35,988 nt of DNA from Octopus bimaculoides (taxonomy: Eukaryota): assembly GCF_001194135.2 (NCBI RefSeq), contig NC_068987.1, positions 38,870,495-38,906,482 on the forward strand, in the 5' to 3' direction. Numbering within the stretch: position 1 is the first letter of the stretch; each line of letters starts with the position of its first letter. Positions 11,678-23,331 of the stretch are shown here, one piece after another. A model generated the notes under the pieces. It saw only the letters and a program-made list of their open reading frames with translations, was not told the origin of the DNA and ran no database searches. Made by a program: the position numbers and the translations under genes.

Positions 11678-12302
11678 CTAACAAAATATATAAAAACGAT
11701 AAATCAACAAATGCGAAAACATTTAAGCATGAACAAATTAACAAGAGGATATTAACAAGAAGATAAACTTTATGGGATATACGCATAGATTTTAGACGTA
11801 ACTGCACTCATAAATAAAATATATAAGATTCATAAAATGGTCGTACATGTCTGTCACCGTGGACAAGAAAAAAGGGGTCTACTGGATACTCTTTTCCTGT
11901 CTGGTTGTATAAACATGACAGGCGTTTGCAACTCTCTGATGTATTTAATTAATTAAAATTACTTTGAGTGCATATCGATGGATATACCACTTAGCAAGGT
12001 TTAGTATAAAGAATAAACATTGCTGACGCATAAGTAATTCATAAGAATATACGCACTCTTAACAATAATAATTGAATTGAATTCAACCGGTTTCAGCCTA
12101 TGAGTTGTGGCCATTTATAAAACTAAATGACTGCTATAGGCTATATATATTGACTACCATATATGTTACCACCCTGTGAAACAGAATTTTAGTGAAGACA
12201 TTAGTATGACGGAGAGATATGTATTTTACACATTAAAGATGTACACTTTGTAGGATATTTCACATCATATGTTACGAATAATCTTCAGTAGGTAAATAGG
12301 TT

Positions 12303-12352
12303 GGTAGGTAGGTAGGTAGGTAGGTAGGTAGGTAGGTAGGTAGGTAGGTAGA
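12303..12352. repeat. (GGTA)n microsatellite
   Basis: Direct reading. Confidence 0.95.
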
Positions 12353-13133
12353 GGAATAGTTGGATAAAGAGAGAGATGTATTTTTGTTAAGACGTGTATG
12401 CTGCGAAATCCCTATCCCCTAATGTTCATTGATCATTTGAATAAAACAATGAATCTCTCCGCCATTAAAGTTCGAAACAAGATTTTAATTTTCATTTGAA
12501 GCCATGTCTACTTCCATTAAAATCTAATATTACAGATTGTATATATAATGAAATGATAACACCTTGACTTTATAGACGTAGACGAAATAAAGCAGATTGA
12601 ACCAGAGGAGTTTCAGATAAATCCCTCTGTAAGGGTTTCAACCGCGATTAATTAAGCCAGCTATTGCTAAGGGTTTATATTGAATATGAAGACAAGACGT
12701 TTATATCTGTCTATACATAAGTTTAGATATATCCTATAGTACTATTGTACGGTACAATATATCAATAGAATTTTAGCCATTAGCCACTGCTGTATTAGAC
12801 GAAACACTGCGAATGTATAATTTGCTAAAATGCTTTGAATTTAATCAAAGTATTTTAGAAATACTTTGTAACTCTTACTTCATGTGTGAGCTTCGTATTA
12901 AATTATGGACAAATCTATATTAAAACCTGTTCTGATTATTAATTGGACTATACCTACAGGAAATAGCAACCTCGATTGGGGCTGAAATGGGTCAACCCAC
13001 AACAAACTTGACCTAATTCATTTAACTTCACTACTGCCCATGGGAAAGGAATAAACTTAATGCTTCCTAATTCCTACTTCTCTTTAAGATCTGAAACTTC
13101 GTGTTGTAAGTGAAAGCGTTAAATCTACGTTAC

Positions 13134-13536
13134 CTCAAAGAACTTTGATCTCAAGTATGCAATTTTTTGGAATTCTTCGAAAGTCATGGGTCGAGCGAGT
13201 AACTGCCATGCTTCTTCATCTGGGAAATGACTGTATACAAATTCTTCCGGGTCAGTAAGAAAATAAAATTCTTCGTAAGCATATATATCATAGCTGACAT
13301 CACTGTCTTCACTTTTGGCTGGTTTTGAGCCAGTGCCATCGTCAATCAGTTCCCATTCGCCTTTGTCTTGCGTAACCACTTGTCTTGATGCCCATTGCAT
13401 GTCAATCAAGCGCCAGGTCTTATCCACCAGTACAGCATTCCAGGTGTTGCGAGCAGTGTCTCCAATGTCTTCACCAACATTGTAAGAAACACCTTTCGCA
13501 TACCCTGTAATTTTTTCACATGGTATCCCGGCATAT
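13134..13536 (-). CDS. Hillarin/KY-like gene, exon with transglutaminase-like core
   Basis: Acceptor tttcatttAG at 13538-13537; the phase completes the AA|A Lys codon. Reads YAGIPCEKITGYAKG...RNTWNAVLVDKTWRLIDMQW...YEEFYFLTDPEEFVYSHFP...WQLLARP. Donor GAG|GTAACG at 13133, phase 0. Confidence 0.92.
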
Positions 13537-13805
13537 CTAAATGAAAAAATATTGGAAATTTTAAATATTTAATAAAATATGTGTTTATGTGTATATGTGT
13601 GTATATGTATGTATACTGAAATGTCTTCTGAAGAAGGTTGTATTATGTAAGGGTTTTCACATAATCTCTCTATANNNNNNNNNNNNNNNNNNNNNNNNNN
13701 NNNNNNNNNNNNNNNNNNNNNNNNNNNNNNNNNNNNNNNNNNNNNNNNNNNNNNNNNNNNNNNNNNNNNNNNNNNNNNNNNNNNNNNNNNNNNNNNNNNN
13801 NNNNN

Positions 13806-13879
<74 letters not shown>

Positions 13880-13980
13880 AATACACACACATACATATGT
13901 ATATGTGTATATTTGTGTGTGTGTGTGTATGGAGAGAGAGTGAGAGAGATCCTTTATGCTGATATTTGCATACACATATA

Positions 13981-15400
13981 CACGGTCTCACAAAAACTAA
14001 TGCACGCTAAGCGTGCATATTTTTAATTAACCCAAGAGAATTAATTAATGTAGCCATACTAAGCTTTCAACAAAAGAAATATATATAAAGTACTACTGAA
14101 AGTTTGCAAACGCTGTCAATGTGCAAAGACATTTTAGGGAGTTTCAAACAGACCCAACAGATCCACCTACACGTCTTATTCTCACTTGAATTAGAGAAAA
14201 ACTCAGAGATAGATAGAATTGTTCAGAAAATCCACAAGGAACACTCCGGAAGACCGCGGACATCGACCAGTCTCACAAAGCAAAAAAGGGTACCCGGAAC
14301 GTATTGCCAGAGTTCAAGAAAAGTTGTGTCCCTAGTAAGTCGTGAGACAGAAATTTCAAAATTAAGCGTCCGTGGGATTGTCATTGGAAAAGTTACATTA
14401 CAAAAATAGTCCATGCTCTCGATGAAAATGAACCGGACCGAAGAGTGGAGTTTTGTGAATGACACATGGCAAGCGCTATAGAAGATGCATACTTTCCAAC
14501 ACAGATTGTTTGGTGTAATGCGGCTACATTTAATTTAAATGGTTCAGTCAACCGCGGCAGTGGCACCGACTTAAAACCGCATCATGAGAAACATCATGCT
14601 AGCTTATCACGAATTACAGTTGTTGGCATTCCGTCGCTTACGACGACGAGGGTTCCAGTTGATCCGATCAACGGAACAACCTGCTCGTGAAATTAACGCG
14701 CAAGTGGCTGAACACTCCACAGACACGTGTACCCTTAACGTAGTTCTCGGGGATATTCAGCGTGACAGTGTGACAAGGCTGACCCTTTGAATTACAGGCA
14801 CAACAGAAACGGTAAGTAAGAGTGAGAGAAAGTTGTGGTGAAAGAGTACAGCAGGGTTCGCCACAACCCCCTGCCGGAGCCTCGTGGAGTTTTAGGTGTT
14901 TTCGCTCAATAAACACTCACAACGCCCGGTCTGAGAATCGAAACCGCGATCCTATGACTGCGAGTCCGCTGCCCTAACCACTGGGCCATTGCGCCTCCAC
15001 TACGAAGTAGCTTATCAACATGAATAAATAAACCATTCTTTTGAGACGGCACTATGATTGGTTGTCCTATTTACTTGAACTTGCTGCATCTGTCTGTCGC
15101 GTCAAGCATTCGGGAAAACTTCTTAAGATTTGAATTTCTATTTTCAGCAAGATGGGTTTCCCCACACTACAACAGTAATATAAGTGTCTATCTTGATGAA
15201 ATTTTGCCAAATAGGTGACTGGGACGAAGAAATCCAGTCAGACCATTCACATTCACTGAACCTTTTATCACTAAACTGTTTGATGGAGATACTTAAACTT
15301 TATTCTCTAGAACCAGCAGCAGTCGATGAATTGAGGGTAGCCATTAAATAAGACTGCGCATAAATATCGAACGAAATGTCTTTTAAATGTTGCTATTCAA
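13981..15400 (+). mobile_element. Decayed Tc1/mariner-superfamily transposon (DUF4817-type), interrupted by a SINE
   Basis: TA-cacggtctcacaaaaa terminus-like start. Frameshifted fragments HSGRPRTS, DRRVEFCE, FPTQIVWCNAATFNLNGSVNR (cf. FSDEATFHLNGxVNR) and LPNR*LGRR (cf. PNRWIGRR). Confidence 0.65.
14812..15000 (-). mobile_element. tRNA-derived SINE, family D
   Basis: Minus strand gtggaggcgcaatggcccagtggttagggcagcggactcgcagtc...gcggtttcgattctcagacc has A and B boxes followed by a non-tRNA body, so it is not a tRNA gene. Confidence 0.8.
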
Positions 15401-15792
15401 TTGCTTCATGCGATTCAATTGCGGGGCCCGGACCAAGACGATCCGAGCCCCGCAAAATTAAATTCATTAAATCGTTCTGGAAATTCTACCATAAACACAT
15501 GCATACATACACAAACACACAAACATACACACACATATATATGTATGTATATATATATATAGATATATATAGATATATATATACATAATTATACATATAT
15601 GTATATACACACATATATATATATACACAGATGTATATATACACAGATATATAAACATATATATATATATATNNNNNNNNNNGAAACATCTCCTTCATCA
15701 GCTGCCACCATTAAAACACCGGCGTTTCGAGACACACATATATATATACATACGTATATATAAATATCTGTGTGAATATATGTATGTATATG

Positions 15793-16750
15793 CCATATAT
15801 TTCCATGTATAAGACGACCTTTAAATCCTAAAATTTACCCTAGGAATTCGTGGTCGTCTTATACTACCATTCTAAAAATCAAACTGAATTTTAAGTGATT
15901 TTATAAGTAAGCTAATCTCGACCTCGATGCGATGACCACAGTCATACGTGAACAGATTAACAAAATAAGAAAAAATTATAATATACGTAATAAAAACATT
16001 TTTACTTTATATATTATTGGCTTATCTTCATAATAAATAGCCTATTCGAAAGATAATTCTATATCAGTGAAATCAACTTTTATCTATGCAAGCTCGGCTG
16101 AGAAAATGTAAACATCGAGTTATGGTTGCGCTCACAGTAACCTTTATCATTCGAGAACCTTTCAAAAATGTTAATGGTGATGCATAACTGTAGTAATAAC
16201 ATTTAGAATAACATATTTATATTTTCATTAAAATTTCTATTATCATTTGGTGGTAAAAAATACAATTTCGATTACACACAACCTTTATTTTTCAATAAAA
16301 TAATTTTACCATAGCTGCCATTAAAACATAAGACATTATAAATATATTGTGTTTCTTATCAAGATAAATAATATCAATAAAACATCAAACCTGCCACATG
16401 TATTTATCTAATCATCACTATCATCACTATGTGTTTCTAAATATTTAGAAACATTCTAAATATTTAGAAACATCCTCACAATCATCACTATCTGTTTCTA
16501 AATATTTCTCATATATATTACAAGATTCATTTACATATGCCCATCATCGTAAGGATTTCAGTCTGGTTCTGATGAATCGTTGTCGCTATTGTACAGAATA
16601 TCATCTTCGGCACCATCCATGGCATTAGAGAAACCGCATTTTAGAAATGATTTTATCATATTTTCTACTTTGACTTTGTCCCATGCCTTCATAACAAAAT
16701 CACAGAGAACATCAAGTGAGGCAGCACGCATAGCTCCACCATTTACTCTT
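15793..16750 (-). mobile_element. pogo-family DNA transposon remnant (transposase C-terminus plus one terminus)
   Basis: LCDFVMKAWDKVKVENMIKSFLKCGFSNAMDGAEDDILY matches the pogo/POGK DDE C-terminus. Terminus ccatatatttccatgtataagacgacc...ggtcgtcttatac. Confidence 0.8.
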
Positions 16751-16751
16751 T

Positions 16752-16945
16752 TACTTGCTTCAGTCATTTGACTGCGGTCATGCTGGAGCACCGCCTTTAG
16801 TCGAGCAAATCGACCCCAGGACATATTCTTTGGAAGCCTAGTACTTATTCTATCGGTCTCTTTTGCCGAACCGCTAAGTTACGGGGACGTAAACACACCA
16901 TCATCAGTTGTCAAGCGATGCTAGGGGGACAAACATATACACACA
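16752..16945 (-). mobile_element. 3' half of the composite SINE B/C
   Basis: Aligns with 24805-24990 (tcagtcatttgactgcggtcatgctggagcaccgcctttagtcg...ttgtcaagcgatg). Confidence 0.8.
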
Positions 16946-17328
16946 ATAATAATAATAATAATAATAATAATCCTTTCTACTATAGGCACAAAGCCTGAAA
17001 TTTAGGAAAGGGGGCTCTCGTACTTGGCGCGTTTCCATNNNNNNNNNNNNNNNNNNNNNNNNNNNNNNNNNNNNNNNNNNNNNNNNNNNNNNNNNNNNNN
17101 NNNNNNNNNNNNNNNNNNNNNNNNNNNNNNNNNNNNNNNNNNNNNNNNNNNNNNNNNNNNNNNNNNNNNNNNNNNNNNNNNNNNNNNNNNNNNNNNNNNN
17201 NNNNNNNNNNNNNNNNNNNNNNNNNNNNNNNNNNNNNNNNNNNNNNNNNNNNNNNNNNNNNNNNNNNNNNNNNNNNNNNNNNNNNNNNNNNNNNNNNNNN
17301 NNNNNNNNNNNNNNNNNNNNNNNNNNNN

Positions 17329-17366
<38 letters not shown>

Positions 17367-17473
17367 CACGCATACACATCACATCGTCAATGTCTCATAT
17401 ATCCGAAAGAGAAGCACACTGTAAAGCGTAGAGCAGTAATGTATTTATATGCAGTTAAGTCTATGTCCGGTCA

Positions 17474-17535
17474 TAGAGTGACCAATGGTTTTGCATTCAT
17501 AAAAGGTCTAGCCATGGACGGCTCGTCAGACTCTA
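17474..17535 (-). ncRNA. Type I hammerhead ribozyme fold with G12A core variant
   Basis: UAGAGU-CUGACGA-stem II-(A)AA-ACC/auu/GGU-C-ACUCUA: 6-bp stem I, 3-bp stem III, GUC cleavage triplet. Confidence 0.7.
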
Positions 17536-17803
17536 AAGCCAAAGACAAATATAACTCTTCAATTCCAGGAGGCAGGAATCTGTTACGGTCAGTTAGTTAG
17601 CAAGTAACCAAACAATAAAATAATCCGTGTCGTCAGGGACGGGTTGTCTTTCTTAGACCAGTTCGTCTAAGCCAAAAGAGGGGGGAATTTCGCCTTTAGG
17701 CTGCTTTCAGTTCGTAAAGATCTTTCCGGATCTGATCGAAGAACGGGGTATCCCATACTTACAGCAGGTAGCGTTCGAAATTGATGCAGGAGCTGTAAAT
17801 TTC

Positions 17804-18420
17804 ACCACAGCCTCATTGATGATTCTTTCGGTGTGTGCCCTTTGGCTCCTCTGGAGATGGCCAGAGCGTCATCCCTGTAGAGAGCAAAGAGGACAGAAGG
17901 GACCTTCTTCCCTGAGGTGTCCAGGATGTACAGTCTAAATAGATCATATATGCCGTTGTAGGCTCCCATCACCACACCGAAGGAACGATCAGGGTCGGAT
18001 TGCTTGACCCACGTCGAATCTTTATTGAATAGCACCGTCTCCTGGCACGCATGATAATGCCTGTATCCCTTTCGCTAATGTTCGTGAAGCCCTTAGCGAA
18101 GGAAAGTGCCTTGATCAGCAACCCTTTCAATATCGACGAGTAAATGTCGACTATGTCGAATTGTGTAAACCTTGCCCTGCCCTTACCCCGGTTGGCGGTA
18201 AACCATGACATCACTTCTTTAGCGCTGCACCATAGGGAGAGGACGAAGTCCTTCCCTATGTCACTGTTGATCTTCAGTATATGTTTGCTCGCCTGGCCGG
18301 GTTGATCAAGTGGTATTTGCGGTTAGAGACAAAGTTAGGCTTGTGATCTTTGATTGTGATGAATGCATTTCTCTTGGCTAAAATTTCTACTCTATCGGCT
18401 ATAACTAGGCTAAATGCTGT
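17804..18420 (-). pseudogene. Frameshifted PLE reverse transcriptase fragment (probably Naiad-type, from motif recall)
   Basis: ADRVEILAKRNAFITIKDHKPNF...LINPA, FTQFDIVDIYSSI, SFGVVMGAYNG (cf. FDVTMGSYDG), FALYRDDALAI. It stops abruptly at the left repeat arm, and no GIY-YIG domain is seen. Confidence 0.82.
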
Positions 18421-19187
18421 TTGTTTGGCTTCACTGCTAATATTGTTGTATGTGTTTAGGGAAGCGTGCCTATATATCTGTGTTATGCAATTGTCTTAAA
18501 GGCTATCATAATTGCTTATCTCTATCCTATATATGTTTTAGTCTTATCCGCGAAGAGTATTGAGCTGTCAGAGTTTTTTAGTTGTTGTATGTTTGTAGGA
18601 AGTTTGCGTTGACGGCACCCACATCATCACGGGTGACTGCAGCGCCAACGCCACGGACAGGGATGACCACCACAACAACAGCTACAGCGATATCGCCAGA
18701 CCCACGCCTCACAATGATAGCAGCACCGATGACAGCTCCAGCAACACCAGCAGCAACATCTCTAGCTAACCATGTGTAGCGCCTCAAAGATAAGAGACCC
18801 CATACCATATCAGGTGGAGGATCATAGAGTGGCAGGGATCCTACATTGATAGGAGCAGACGCTGCAAGTTTTGCATAGCTGAGCTGAGACTCCCTGAAAC
18901 TAGGATTACTGAATTCTCACCAGGAATTTTACAGCTCCTGCATCAATTTCGAACGCTACCTGCTGTATGTATGGGATTCCTCGTTCTTCGGTTAGATCTG
19001 GAAAGATCCTTACGAACTGAAAGCAGCCTAAGGGCGAAATTCCCTGTTCCCCCTCTTTTCGCCCAGACGAACTAGTCTAAGAAAGATAACCCGTCATTGC
19101 CGACTGGAATTGTTTTATTGTTTGGTTACTTGTTAACTAACAGACCATAAAAGATTCCAGAGTTGAAGAGTTATTTCTTTTCGGCTT

Positions 19188-19249
19188 TAGAGTCTGATGA
19201 GCCGTCCATGGTTAGGTCCTTTATGGATGCAAAACTACTGGTCACTCTT
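19188..19249 (+). ncRNA. Type I hammerhead ribozyme fold with G12A core variant
   Basis: AGAGU-CUGAUGA-GCCGUCCAU...AUGGAUGC-(A)AA-ACU/acu/GGU-C-ACUCU; predicted cleavage would be after 19243. Confidence 0.7.
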
Positions 19250-19309
19250 TGACCGGACATAGACTAAACTGCATATACAAATATATATATATAGTTGCAA
19301 TTTACAGAA

Positions 19310-19441
19310 AAATAAAGGACGAATACAGGTGTATAAACAACAAGCGGGGTGTAATTAGTTTGACGCTCGGGAAGGTGAGAAAGTCTTTTACATTTCGAGC
19401 CTACACTCTTCAACAAAAAGGAACACGAGGAAATAAAGAGA

Positions 19442-19472
<31 letters not shown>

Positions 19473-20418
19473 CGGAAAATAAGAAAACGGAGAGGATATA
19501 AAATCGACAGACGTCAGCCGGTAAACATTCCAGTATGTCTATTTATTCAAATGTATTGGATGAATACACACACATGTATGAGTGGTATAGATTAGCGAGC
19601 AGAAAAAAAAACTGGTAACTGCATAAACAAGGGTGTGAATACATATAAGCATATAGAAACAAGTGAGCAAATTGGTAAAAAAAAACTAACTGCCACTTTA
19701 CATATAAACTTTCACCCCTGTAGCACGGACTATACCAACAAACCCACCACTGAAGTTCTATGAAAAGTCAATGTGAACTACTGTCCTTCCTGAAAAATTC
19801 CTCCCGAGAACGACTATATTCACCTAACCACCACTGGATAAAATAACATGGATCTTATAATATATTGCGGGAAATCTATACCTTATTTCCCCTTGCTATG
19901 CCCATATCATTGTACTATGCTGTACTTCACTTATATTCTTGTGTTCGCTATTACTCTCATTCTTATTCTTATTGTTCTACTCTATTTAAAAGGATAAACA
20001 CATCTTAGCTATTCTGAACTGACTTTTATATGTGTTAGCCCCCACCCCAGCCACTTAGACCCTCTGAACAAGCCTTGGGGCACATCCGTCATCCAAGTCT
20101 TGTCTGCTTATGCCTGCATAACAATGAAGAGATGAAGATAACCTGGAAGATTTCGTTGCCTCTTGACAGAAACGGCTGTAAGGTACGAGCACCTGCACAC
20201 CCATTTAGTTTTTTGCCAATTTGTTCACTTGTTTCTATATGCTTATATGTATTCACACCCTTGTTTATGCAGTTACCAGTTTTTTTTTCCACTCGCTAAT
20301 CTGTACCACTCATAAATGTGTGTGTATTCATCCAATACATTTGAATTGACATACTGGAATGTTTACCGGCTGATGTCTGTCGATTTTATATCCTCTCCGT
20401 TTTCTTATTTGCCGTATA
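19310..20418. mobile_element. Second PLE-like remnant with ~215-bp inverted repeats (19469-19689 and 20205-20418)
   Basis: The arms are clear reverse complements. A degenerate minimal hammerhead lies at 19387-19420 (-), and there is weak GIY-YIG C-terminal similarity at 20075-20200 (CLCLHNNEE). Confidence 0.6.
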
Positions 20419-20586
20419 AATCAAGGTAAACCACTCGTTATCCCCGCCCATATATAATACCCAATTGCGAGATTGCCATGCAATAACTAGCACTTGGATA
20501 TGAATAATCGGGTGCACTACTACCAGCAGTATATTGGATAGGTACTATCCCTTAGTTGGTTTCTCAACCTCTAACTCATACAGAAA

Positions 20587-20620
<34 letters not shown>

Positions 20621-23265
20621 NNNNNNNNNNNNNNNNNNNNNNNNNNNNNNNNNNNNNNNNNNNNNNNNNNNNNNNNNNNNNNNNNNNNNNNNNNNNNNNN
20701 NNNNNNNNNNNNNNNNNNNNNNNNNNNNNNNNNNNNNNNNNNNNNNNNNNNNNNNNNNNNNNNNNNNNNNNNNNNNNNNNNNNNNNNNNNNNNNNNNNNN
20801 NNNNNNNNNNNNNNNNNNNNNNNNNNNNNNNNNNNNNNNNNNNNNNNNNNNNNNNNNNNNNNNNNNNNNNNNNNNNNNNNNNNNNNNNNNNNNNNNNNNN
20901 NNNNNNNNNNNNNNNNNNNTGTGTGTGTGTGTGTGTAGGTAGGTAGGTAGGTAGGTAGGTAGGTATCTGTGTGTATTTGTATGTGTATGTATGTATGTAT
21001 ATTATACATATAGGATTTTCACAAGGAAAAATTCGACAATAGCTACGATGTTTCAGATTAGTTAGCTTTCGCAAACCACGCAAATACAAACAAATACAGT
21101 TAGCACACGCACTAACATTTAAACATAAACTCAGACACGCACACACATGCACATAATCAGACGCGCGCGCGCAAATTCTCATACATATAGACTTACAAAC
21201 TTCCTCGAAGTTTGTTGTACAATTGTTAAGTATTCATTTCTATGACTCCTCACGCGTCAAAAATCTGTTTTTCTTTTCCTTGCTTTTTTTTTCGACTTAG
21301 ATTACTCAAGTAACGGCCTCAACAGCACCGGCCTGGAAGCACCTGCAAAGGTTAGGAGTATTACCTCTGCCTCTCGAATCAGCAATTGAAAAAAGAGTTG
21401 GCAGATTTCGCTTAAAATTATAAAACGAAACATTATATTTTATAAATTTTTAAACCCGCTTTATGTTTTATGCACATTTTCGCCGGCAATATACACAGGA
21501 AACATCTAATTATCATCCGGATGGCGTCCAAGACCAATTTAATCTGTGATCTACTGAAGTATTAGCCAATTCGCAAACCATACTGTTTACGTTCGTGCTA
21601 GAGGAAACTCAATCGACAACATGCTATTCTTAGCGAGGAAGCCATCAAGAAGAGAAGAAACAACAAGATTTGTCTTCCGGGGTTTCCTTTGAATACTAAA
21701 ACATATTTGCCATCGACGAATATTACGCAGAGTAGTTGTAGATGTACGACTAGAAACTTTTATATCTAATTACCAATAATATGAATACGAAATAATAAAA
21801 ACAAAACAAAAGTAAATAACTACGTATGATTTTAAAGGCGAATGTTATTATCACCGTGCTATTGCTTTGATCCTAATTCACCATCTCAGATAAAAATCAG
21901 TTATCAAATAAATGAAACTAAATACTTTTCCTCTATAGCACATAAATATACTTCTGTTGTTAATTTTCTTAAACGTGTCATGCTCACACCCACATAACTA
22001 ATGGCTTTTACAAGTAATCGGACTCTTAACATAAGTGTTTCTACCAGACTTGTTAACATAGATTTTATTAAATGACTTTGTTCAACTAATTAAAGGTTTT
22101 ATCCTATTTTCGTTATAGCTGTGTTGACGGTATTGTTAAAGTAATGGAAAGGCAAAAATTGTAATGTATTAGTCTAAATAGAATGTTTTGCATTCTTTAG
22201 TTTCCATCTATGTTCGAAGTTCGAATTTCCAATATGTTTATAGCAGTTCTGGGTTTAATACACGGTGCTACACATACGCGCTCAATAATAATTGAGCATA
22301 ATTCGTGTAAATTATATATATCAAATTCAAGTTTTATAGAAGAACATAGGATTATGTAAAAATGAAAACAGCTATATTTCATTTGAAACTAATTTTGATG
22401 GTGGTGCATTATTTTCATTTTTGAAATTTTTTCATTCTTAAAACCATAGAATAAACAAATGTAAATTGGATTGTCAGGAAATAAACCATCCTTGGAAATA
22501 AAATCAACGTGCGGAAATGAGCGTGCCTAGAGAACATGCATCAAAATATTAGAACTGTAATACACGCAGTCAACGATTTGTTGTACGTTGGAGAGGGATG
22601 ATTTTGGCAAGCCATAGATGAATTCACAATGAATATCAAAGAAGTAAATTCCAGCATCTTACTGCCAAATCCTGTCAAAAATAGCTGACTAGACTGCACT
22701 TTTGACTGCAGCGAGTTTGTGTTCAGAGTCGTTATCATAAGCTATTCATGTACGAACACTTTGATGTCTTTCAAAATGTCTGTTGCTAGATTATTCACGT
22801 CAGTATTGTTAGATTGAGAGAGGAATATCTTTGAAATTCTTAAAATTTATATCCTTGAGATTGTTGATGAGAGCTACATTATAAATTTTGACTATGTATA
22901 CTGTTGAGCTTGACGCTTGAAATCATCTGCGAGTATCTCATAACGATATTTGACTCCAAGCCGAGCAGATGGTGTATTTGTTGTCTTGAAATACAGTTCA
23001 GGCCGCCATTGGATGTTAACAATATTAAAGTACACATTCTCCTTGCAAGATCTGGAAGCAGCGAAGACTTGGTGCAATAAATCTGATTGGAGTCATTCAT
23101 GTTTGCTCTTCAGATCAATATGTGTACAAATAGTGAGTTCTCTTTTTCTGTGGCTTAAGTGGAGATTGTAGTGTGTATGTGTGTGTGTGTGTGTACATTC
23201 ATGCACACACACACATACATATATATAATTGTGGTATCGTGTGTGCGTGTGTGTATGTTGTGCGT

Positions 23266-23267
<2 letters not shown>

Positions 23268-23327
<60 letters not shown>
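23268..23327. repeat. (GA)n microsatellite
   Basis: Direct reading. Confidence 0.95.

Positions 23328-23331
<4 letters not shown>

Larger units (their letters stand above)
17445..19278 (-). mobile_element. Penelope-like element (PLE) with ~355-bp inverted terminal repeats (17445-17803 and 18924-19278)
   Basis: The arms are reverse complements of each other, each carries a hammerhead fold, and a PLE RT fragment lies between them. Confidence 0.85.

Noticed and set aside
14930-15000. tRNA-like A and B boxes
   Set aside because: They continue into a SINE body with no complete cloverleaf, so this is not a tRNA gene.
16432-16453. Perfect 22-bp palindrome tgtttctaaatatttagaaaca with partial repeats
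   Set aside because: Local duplication within the decayed pogo 3' region; no evidence of function.
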